Shown here one piece after another: positions 57,207 through 64,000 of a stretch of 64,000 nucleotides of DNA. The notes under the pieces are model-generated. The model was not told where the DNA came from and did not search any database. It was given only the letters and a program-made list of their open reading frames with translations. Source of the stretch: Desulfovibrionaceae bacterium (GTDB lineage Bacteria > Desulfobacterota > Desulfovibrionia > Desulfovibrionales > Desulfovibrionaceae); assembly GCA_009773665.1 (NCBI GenBank), contig WSYE01000011.1, forward strand, positions 1,767 to 65,766, written 5' to 3'. Each line of letters opens with the position of its first letter. Positions within the stretch are counted from its first letter, which is position 1. A program made the position numbers and the translations under genes.

Positions 57207-60200
57207 ATGCTGCCGCGTGGCTGGTTGTTTTCTTTTCCGCAACCGTTGAAGGCGGCCATGACGACATTGCGTTCCCTTCTCCCGCCGATATTTCTGGCGG
57301 CCCTTATCCTGGGGCTGGCTCACGTTCATTTCTCGGCACATCTCAAGGAAAAGCGTCAGACGATCCAGGCCGGGCTCGATAGTTTTTGCGCGCAACGCGT
57401 GCGGAGCATGGAAGACGCCCTGGCGCAGCTCGGCACTGCCCCGAGCATCGTTGCTGCCCTGGTCCATTCGCAGGCGCTCGACAGCTCAAGCTTCGAATCC
57501 GCAGCCGACACCCTGGAAAAGGTCTTTCCCGTGGTGGAGGTGATGGGCCTGGCTCCCGACGGGGTAATCTCCTCCGTGTATCCCAAGCGTGGTTTCTCTC
57601 ATACCGTGGGCAAGGACCTCCTGAACGCGTCGGAATGGGCCGTTGACACATCCAATTCGGCGGCGGCCAGTACCATTCTTGTCACGGGACCATTCACCAT
57701 GGCGAGCGGACATCTGGGCTTCGCGAGCCGTATTCCCGTATTTCTGGGGCAGGCGGGAGAAGAGCGTTTCTGGGGATTCGTCACCGCCGTCACCAGTCTG
57801 GAACGGCTGCTGCGCGTAAGCGGGCTGGATGACCTGGGCCGACACGGGATGGTGTGCCGCCTGGACTCGGCCACCGGGCAGACACTCTACGACGATGCCG
57901 CCCGCCGCGACCTCCTCCCGCTTGGTTCGCACGACAATCCGGTTGTGTCCCTTCCCGTGAAAGTCCCCGGCGTGACGCTGTTTCTGCTCATGGGCTCAAC
58001 GCAGCCCTGGCCGACTCTGGGAATCTACTGGGCTGGATATGGCGTGTCCCTGCTCATAGCCCTGGTGGCCTCGGGGTTGCTGCACGCCTTCCTGCGTTCG
58101 CCGATGCGGCTGCGTCAGCTGATAGCTGAACGCACCGGCAAGCTGCGTCTGGTCAACCGGCGTCTGGCCGGTGAGCTTCGTCGGGGCAGGCAGGCCGCCT
58201 GGGATCTGGAAACGTCCCTGGAACTCAGCCGCAGCCTGTTCGAGAATTCGCCCGCTGTGAAGCTGCTGGTGGACCCGGACTGCCTGTGTCTCGTAGACGC
58301 CAACCCAGCCGCGTCGCGCTTCTACGGCTGGCCGCGCTCAGAAATGGCGGGCATGCCCCTGGAACGCATCAACGTCGCACCACGTGAACTTATAGCCGCC
58401 AACGTGTCCAAGGCCATGAGCGGCGACTTTCCGCCGCTCAACGCAGTGCACAGGCTGGCTTCGGGCGAGAGGCGCGACGTGGAGATCTATTCCGGGCCGG
58501 TGCACCACGGCGGCAGGGCACTGCTCCAGTCAGTGATCCAGGACGTTACCGAACGGGAAGAATCCCGCCGGGAACTGCGCCGCAATCAGGAGCGCCTGGA
58601 GGCCATCGTCAACAGCGCCAGTTGGGGCATTGCGGAACTGGACGGCGAGGGCAGAGTGCTCTTCGTCAATCAGCCCATGGGGCCGCTCTTCGGCATGAAT
58701 ACCGAGGACTTCCTGGGCAGACCCTACTTCGACTTCCTGCATCCGGATGAACACGAGGCCGCCGCAAGGCTGAGCCGGAAGGTGGCCGATGCCTCGGTGG
58801 GCCGGTTCTGCATTCAGGCCCGCCACCTGCGTTCGGATGGCTCGGCGTTCTGGGCCAACGTCAGCGTGGGTCCTCTGCGCGGGCCATCGGGCGAACTGAC
58901 CGGCGCGGTGTCGGTGATCACCGACGTGACCGAGCTCCTGGAGGCCAAGCGCGCCGCCGAGGAAGCCAACACCGCCAAGAGCCGCTTCCTGGCCAACGTC
59001 AGCCACGAGATCCGCTCCCCCATGAACGCCATCATGGGGCTTACCGAGCTCACCCTGCGCACCCCCCTGGAGCCCCGACAGCGCGACAATCTGGAAAAGG
59101 CCCTCACCGCCAGCCGGGCGCTGCTCAAGGTCATCGAGTCCATATTGGATTATGCCAGTCTCGATGCGGGCCGCATGAAGCTGGTGGCCTTTGCGTTCAG
59201 CATGCGCGACCTGACGGAACGCCTGCGGGAGCGTTTCGAGTCCAGGGCGGTTGAGAAGGGCCTTTCGCTGCGCCTGCGCGCCGGGGGCGACATGTCCTGC
59301 ATGGTGCTCGGCGACGCCCTGCGCCTGGAGCAGGTGCTGGGAAATCTCCTGGAGAACGCCCTGGCCTTCACCTCTGCCGGGCACGTGGAGCTTGCGGTGG
59401 ATGCCCATCAGCCAGGAAATACCAGCCGAAGCGTGTACGATTTCCGCGTGACGGACACGGGCATCGGCATGGCCCGTGAAAGTCTGGAGAAGCTGTTCCA
59501 GCCGTTCGCCCAGGCGGATGCGGAACTGAGCCGGTCCGTGGGCGGAACCGGGCTGGGCCTGTCCATAGCGCGGCGGCTGGTGGAAGCCATGGGGGGCAGG
59601 CTCAAGGCCGAAAGCGTGCCGGGGCTTGGCAGCTCCTTCCATTTTTGCGTGGACCTGCCGCTGGCCGATGAAACGGATCAGGACGGAGAGTGCGTCTTGC
59701 TGGAGAACCTGGATGAACTGGCCAAGGGGCTTGAAGGCATGCGCGTGCTGGTGGTGGACGACAACGAGCTGGGCCGCCACACCGCGCTTGAGATGCTGCG
59801 TCAGGCGCGCATCGACGCCGTCGGGGCGTCCAGCGGGTCAGCCGCACTGGCCATGTTGGCCGATGAGTCCTTCGACGTGGTGCTGCTGGACATCCAGATG
59901 CCCGGTATGGACGGCTACGCGGCATTCAAGGCCATCCGCGAGATTCCCTCCTGCCGGAAGCTGCCGGTGATCGCCCTCACCGGGCATGCCACCGGCGAGG
60001 ACCGTCTGCGCGCCTTGGAGGCGGGCATGGACGACCACCTGGGCAAGCCTCTGGGGTCATCCTCTCTGTTCGCCGCCCTGCGGCAGCACCGCCCCCGATC
60101 CGTGTTCCGCGATGCGGATTCCCGGCTCGTGCTGGACTGCGGGCAGGCGCTGGAGCTGCTCATGGGCAACCAGGGGCTGTACGCGCGTCTGCTGGCCGGG

Positions 60201-60476
60201 TTCGTTCGCGAGTACGAGAACGCCGCGTCCATCCTGGACGGGCTTCTGGCCGAGCGCCGGACCAGCGACGCGGTGATGTTCGCTCATTCCGTGAAGGGCT
60301 TGGCCGCTAACCTTGGCGGCCAGCAGCTGGCCGAAGCGGCGCGGATTCTGGAGGAGCGTCTGTCCGAAGAGGACATTACCGGGCGCGAAGCGGCCCTGGC
60401 CGTTTTCTCCGAGGCTCTGGAAAGTTTTACCGCCCAGGCGCGCACAGAGTCCGCACGCATCGGCGGCGCGGCGTGA
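57207..60476 (+). CDS. Hybrid sensor kinase (CHASE-like, 2xPAS, HisKA, HATPase, REC, HPt)
   Basis: [54 protein letters not shown]; start 57207 or 57258. Confidence 0.92.
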   Translation: MLPRGWLFSFPQPLKAAMTTLRSLLPPIFLAALILGLAHVHFSAHLKEKRQTIQAGLDSFCAQRVRSMEDALAQLGTAPSIVAALVHSQALDSSSFESAADTLEKVFPVVEVMGLAPDGVISSVYPKRGFSHTVGKDLLNASEWAVDTSNSAAASTILVTGPFTMASGHLGFASRIPVFLGQAGEERFWGFVTAVTSLERLLRVSGLDDLGRHGMVCRLDSATGQTLYDDAARRDLLPLGSHDNPVVSLPVKVPGVTLFLLMGSTQPWPTLGIYWAGYGVSLLIALVASGLLHAFLRSPMRLRQLIAERTGKLRLVNRRLAGELRRGRQAAWDLETSLELSRSLFENSPAVKLLVDPDCLCLVDANPAASRFYGWPRSEMAGMPLERINVAPRELIAANVSKAMSGDFPPLNAVHRLASGERRDVEIYSGPVHHGGRALLQSVIQDVTEREESRRELRRNQERLEAIVNSASWGIAELDGEGRVLFVNQPMGPLFGMNTEDFLGRPYFDFLHPDEHEAAARLSRKVADASVGRFCIQARHLRSDGSAFWANVSVGPLRGPSGELTGAVSVITDVTELLEAKRAAEEANTAKSRFLANVSHEIRSPMNAIMGLTELTLRTPLEPRQRDNLEKALTASRALLKVIESILDYASLDAGRMKLVAFAFSMRDLTERLRERFESRAVEKGLSLRLRAGGDMSCMVLGDALRLEQVLGNLLENALAFTSAGHVELAVDAHQPGNTSRSVYDFRVTDTGIGMARESLEKLFQPFAQADAELSRSVGGTGLGLSIARRLVEAMGGRLKAESVPGLGSSFHFCVDLPLADETDQDGECVLLENLDELAKGLEGMRVLVVDDNELGRHTALEMLRQARIDAVGASSGSAALAMLADESFDVVLLDIQMPGMDGYAAFKAIREIPSCRKLPVIALTGHATGEDRLRALEAGMDDHLGKPLGSSSLFAALRQHRPRSVFRDADSRLVLDCGQALELLMGNQGLYARLLAGFVREYENAASILDGLLAERRTSDAVMFAHSVKGLAANLGGQQLAEAARILEERLSEEDITGREAALAVFSEALESFTAQARTESARIGGAA

Positions 60477-60570
60477 GTGTGTCCGGCGGGTCGCGTGCGC
60501 CATGGCCTCTCGGCAAGGTCCCCTGTCCTTCCAACGGGCTGTGGCAGCCCCCTTTCGCATCGAGAAAACC

Positions 60571-63500
60571 GTGAGCAACGCCTTCCGGATCCTTATTGTG
60601 CATCCCAGCGAGGATGTTTCGGAAACGCTGATTCGTGAGCTTGGCAAGGCGGGCCTGAGCCCCGCCTACGTCCGGGTCGATACGCAATCCGCGCTCGACG
60701 CGCGCCTCTCCTCATACGGCTGGAACCTCATCCTGATCGCCTCCAGCCTGCCGGACATGACCCTTACGGAGGCGTTGCAGCTTATCCGCCTGCGCCGCCC
60801 CGACACCCCCGTGCTCCTGGTGAACCACGGCGGCATGCCCGACGAGGGCCAGACCGCGCGCTCCTGCCAGGGCATCAACGCAGTGTCCCTGGACGACCCG
60901 GACCGCCTGCGCCTCGTGGTGCTGCGGGTGCTGGCCGGTGGGCTGGTGCGCGCGCAGATGGACATCGGCACAGCCCAGTGCGAAGGCGAACAGCTCCAGC
61001 TGCAACGGGCTTATTTCGAGCAGCTCTTCGAGAATTCCCCCCAGGCCATCGTGATTGTCGATGAAAACGATCAGGTCGTCGAGGTCAACCGGGGGTTCGA
61101 ATCGCTCTTCGGATACACGCCTTCCGAGGCCAAGGGGCGCTCCCTGCCCGAACTGGTGGTGCCGGATGAACTGGGCGAGGAGTCCAGGGATCTTCGCCGC
61201 AGGGCCTCCCTGACCGGCATCATCCAGCGCGAGACCGCACGCAGGAGAAAGGACGGCGTGCAGGTCCATGTGCTGGTGGTGGCCTGCCCCATCACGGTGG
61301 GCGGGGTGCGGGTCGGGGTGTTCTGGATCTACACGGACATAAGCGCGCGCAAGAAAGCCGAGGAGGCCCTGCGCCGGGCGGAGCGCCAGTACCGCAGCGT
61401 GGTGCAGAACGCAGTCATGGGCATCTTCCAGGCCTCGCTCGATCTGAACCTGACCATGGTCAATCCGGCGCTGGCGAACATCCTGGGCTGCTCCTCCACG
61501 CGTGAGCTGCTGGAGCGTCCGGAGCTGTGCGAGCTGTTTCTGAACGATCCCGAGCGGTCCGTGGAGCTGTGGAGCCAGTTGGAGGAGAACGGCGAGATAT
61601 CCGGCTTCGAGGTGCTCACCCGGCGCCTGGACGGCCAGCCCATCTGGTTGGCGCTCAGCGCCAAGTTGGTGCAGGGCGGGCCTTCTGTCGGCGGAGCAGG
61701 CCCTGCCGGGGACCAGCGCTTCCTGGAAGGCACGGTGGAGAACGTCACCGCGCGCAAACTGGCCGAGGAGCGCCTGCGCCTGGCCGAAGAGAAATACCGC
61801 ACCATCTTCGAGCACGCGCAGGAGGGCATCTACCAGACCACGCCGGAGGGGCGCTTCATCTCCGCAAACCCGGCCCTGGCCCGTATCTGCGGGTACGACT
61901 CCCCCCAGGAACTCATGGAGCAGCTCCTGGACATCGGCGGCATGCTCTACGTGCAGTCCGACCGGCGCGAATTGTTCTGCACGTCCATCCAGCGGGGTGG
62001 CAGCGTCGCAGCCTTCGAGTCCCAGGTGTACCGCAAGGACGGCAAGATCATCTGGATCAGCGAACACGCCAGGGCGGTGTACTCGGACGGCGGGCAGCTG
62101 CTCTTCTACGAAGGCTCGATGATCGAGATCAGCAAGCGAAAGCGCGCTGAGGAGAAGCTCAGGCGCGCCGAGGAAAAATTCCGCTCCATCTTCGAGAACT
62201 CCCTGGACGGCATCTTTCAGCTCTCCCCGGACGGGCGCTATATTGCGGCCAACCCGGCCATGGCCCGCATCCTGGGCTACGACTCGTGTGAATTCCTCAT
62301 GGCCGACCTGACGGACTTTGGCGCGCGCCTCTTCCTGGACGGCAAGCGCCGCGAGGATTTCCTGTCCGCGCTGGCCGAGCAGGGTCAGGTGATGGATTTC
62401 GAGTCCGAGGTGCGCCGCCAGGACGGCCTGACCGTGTGGCTCTCCGAGAGCGCCTGGGAAGTGCGCGGCGAGGACGGGAGCATCCAGTACTATGAGGGGC
62501 TCCTGCGCGACATCACCGCGCGCAAGAACGCCGAGGAGCAGCTGCGCCATCAGGCCTTCCACGACGCCCTGACCGGCCTGCCCAACCGCATCCTGTTCAT
62601 GGACCGGCTGGAGTGGGCGCTGCACCGCTCCCAGCGCAAGCACGGCTACCGCTTCGCCGTGTTCTTCCTGGACCTGGACCGCTTCAAGGTGGTCAACGAC
62701 AGCCTGGGCCATCAGGCCGGAGACGCCCTGCTGGTGGAGGCCTCCGCGCGCCTGCACCGGGCGCTGCGCCCCATGGACACCGTGGCCCGCTTCGGCGGCG
62801 ACGAGTTCGCCATCCTGGTGGACGACATCTCCGGCACCCTGGACGCCACCCACGTGCTGTCCCGGCTGCAAGACGAGCTGGCCCGGCCCTTCGTCATCCA
62901 GGGACGCCCGGTGTTCACCTCGGCCAGCATCGGCGTGGTGCTCAAGACCTGGACCTACGAGCGCCCCGAACATCTGGTGCGCGACGCGGACATCGCCATG
63001 TACCGGGCCAAGGCCCTGGGCAAGGCGCGCTACGAAATCTTCGACGCCACCATGCATCAGGCGGCCACCTCGCTGCTCCAGTTGGAGACCGACCTGCGTC
63101 TGGCCGTGGAGCGGGGCGAACTGGCGCTTCACTATCAGCCCATCGTGAGCATCGCCACCGGCGAGATCAAGGGCTTCGAGGCCCTGGCCCGCTGGAACCA
63201 CCCCAGGCGCGGGCTCATCGCGCCGGGCGAGTTCATCCCCGTGGCCGAGGAGACCGGGCTCATCCTTCCCATCGGCAGCTGGGTGCTGCGTAATGCTTGT
63301 GAACAACTGGCCAAATGGCAGAAACTGCGTCCCGAGGGGCCGCTCCTGACCATGAGCGTGAACCTCTCCGCCAAGCAGTTCATGAACCTGGAACTGGTGA
63401 GCGAGATACGGGGCGTGATCGAGCAGACCGGCATCTCTCCGGAATCGCTGAAGCTCGAGATCACCGAGAGCAAGGTCATGGAGAACGCCGAGTTCGCCTC

Positions 63501-63855
63501 GCGCATGCTGGCCCACCTGAAGGACCTGGGCGTCAAGATCAGTATTGACGATTTCGGCACGGGGTATTCCTCCCTGTCCTATCTGCACAGCTTCCCCCTG
63601 GACACCCTGAAGATCGACCGCAGCTTCGTGGGCAAGATGGGCATGGACCATGAGAATTCGGAGATCGTGGGGGCCATCGTCAACCTGGCCCGGAACCTGG
63701 GCCTGGACGTGGTGGCCGAAGGCGTGGAGGAGCTCGGCCAACTGAGCGAACTGAAGGGGCTGGCCTGCCAGTACGGCCAAGGCTTCCTCTTTTCCAGGCC
63801 CGTTCCCAGCGAGGAGGCCGAGGCCCTGCTGGTGAGCGATTTTCGGCATCCGTAA
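60571..63855 (+). CDS. Pseudo-receiver + 4xPAS + GGDEF + EAL c-di-GMP enzyme
   Basis: [20 protein letters not shown] + [20 protein letters not shown]; start GTG 60571 or ATG 60502. Confidence 0.92.
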   Translation: MSNAFRILIVHPSEDVSETLIRELGKAGLSPAYVRVDTQSALDARLSSYGWNLILIASSLPDMTLTEALQLIRLRRPDTPVLLVNHGGMPDEGQTARSCQGINAVSLDDPDRLRLVVLRVLAGGLVRAQMDIGTAQCEGEQLQLQRAYFEQLFENSPQAIVIVDENDQVVEVNRGFESLFGYTPSEAKGRSLPELVVPDELGEESRDLRRRASLTGIIQRETARRRKDGVQVHVLVVACPITVGGVRVGVFWIYTDISARKKAEEALRRAERQYRSVVQNAVMGIFQASLDLNLTMVNPALANILGCSSTRELLERPELCELFLNDPERSVELWSQLEENGEISGFEVLTRRLDGQPIWLALSAKLVQGGPSVGGAGPAGDQRFLEGTVENVTARKLAEERLRLAEEKYRTIFEHAQEGIYQTTPEGRFISANPALARICGYDSPQELMEQLLDIGGMLYVQSDRRELFCTSIQRGGSVAAFESQVYRKDGKIIWISEHARAVYSDGGQLLFYEGSMIEISKRKRAEEKLRRAEEKFRSIFENSLDGIFQLSPDGRYIAANPAMARILGYDSCEFLMADLTDFGARLFLDGKRREDFLSALAEQGQVMDFESEVRRQDGLTVWLSESAWEVRGEDGSIQYYEGLLRDITARKNAEEQLRHQAFHDALTGLPNRILFMDRLEWALHRSQRKHGYRFAVFFLDLDRFKVVNDSLGHQAGDALLVEASARLHRALRPMDTVARFGGDEFAILVDDISGTLDATHVLSRLQDELARPFVIQGRPVFTSASIGVVLKTWTYERPEHLVRDADIAMYRAKALGKARYEIFDATMHQAATSLLQLETDLRLAVERGELALHYQPIVSIATGEIKGFEALARWNHPRRGLIAPGEFIPVAEETGLILPIGSWVLRNACEQLAKWQKLRPEGPLLTMSVNLSAKQFMNLELVSEIRGVIEQTGISPESLKLEITESKVMENAEFASRMLAHLKDLGVKISIDDFGTGYSSLSYLHSFPLDTLKIDRSFVGKMGMDHENSEIVGAIVNLARNLGLDVVAEGVEELGQLSELKGLACQYGQGFLFSRPVPSEEAEALLVSDFRHP

Positions 63856-63890
63856 GATTTGAGCGCGCCACACCCGCAAGGAGCGTGACC

Positions 63891-64000
63891 ATGTATCGCA
63901 TTGCACTGCTCGTCGTTCTAGCCCTTGCCGCGACAGCCGGGCCAGGTTTTTCCCAGGCTCCGGCTGCATCGGGCGATGTCTGGCCCACCACGCCGGGCGC
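63891..64000 (+). CDS. Exported protein, 5' fragment
   Basis: AAGGAG RBS; MYRIALLVVLALAATAGPGFSQA signal peptide running off the window. Confidence 0.6.
   Translation, partial: MYRIALLVVLALAATAGPGFSQAPAASGDVWPTTPG

Noticed and set aside
60712-63969. 1085-aa minus-strand ORF (and similar long ORFs such as 15158..17650, 5794..7062, 33965..35464, 53039..54286)
   Set aside because: Antisense shadows of well-supported genes, expected in high-GC DNA; no recognisable motifs
1-64000. CRISPR arrays, tRNA and rRNA genes
   Set aside because: No regularly spaced repeat-spacer array and no cloverleaf/T-loop signature seen in intergenic regions by eye; tRNAscan-SE and CRISPR finders would be the definitive test

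Overview
GC-rich chromosomal window of a sulfate-reducing Desulfovibrionaceae-like bacterium (inferred from dsrTMKJOP, gene order and an interspersed GCCTCCGGCGG palindromic repeat). Core genes: psd-pssA-leuACD, serS, cinA/pncC, dsrTMKJOP, dapF, a paaK-like ligase with a Liv-type ABC transporter, dinB, a lytic transglycosylase and several c-di-GMP/two-component genes. Highlights: (1) hgcAB (mercury methylation). HgcA very probably starts at 45020, not at the ORF-track start. It would read through an in-frame TGA (45056-58) in a C-U motif that has a SECIS-like hairpin 11 nt downstream, followed by three more CC-(A)PP repeats. (2) A 2.47-kb ISL3-derived non-autonomous element (41591-44060) with 22-bp TIRs, a 7/8 target duplication and both transposase ends as relics. 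It carries a DUF5661-like gene and a frameshifted FAD/Rieske oxidoreductase. (3) An islet with an orphan phage-scaffold-like gene, a polymorphic-toxin-like gene and a low-GC candidate immunity gene (24407-26821). (4) An orphan ParA + pseudo-kinase + amphi-Trp operon. (5) A soluble tandem MotA-cytoplasmic-like protein divergent from hgcA. (6) A Tat-less PhsA-like Mo enzyme cluster with a split TauE. I saw no tRNA, rRNA or CRISPR array. All family assignments are by eye from motifs; no searches were run.
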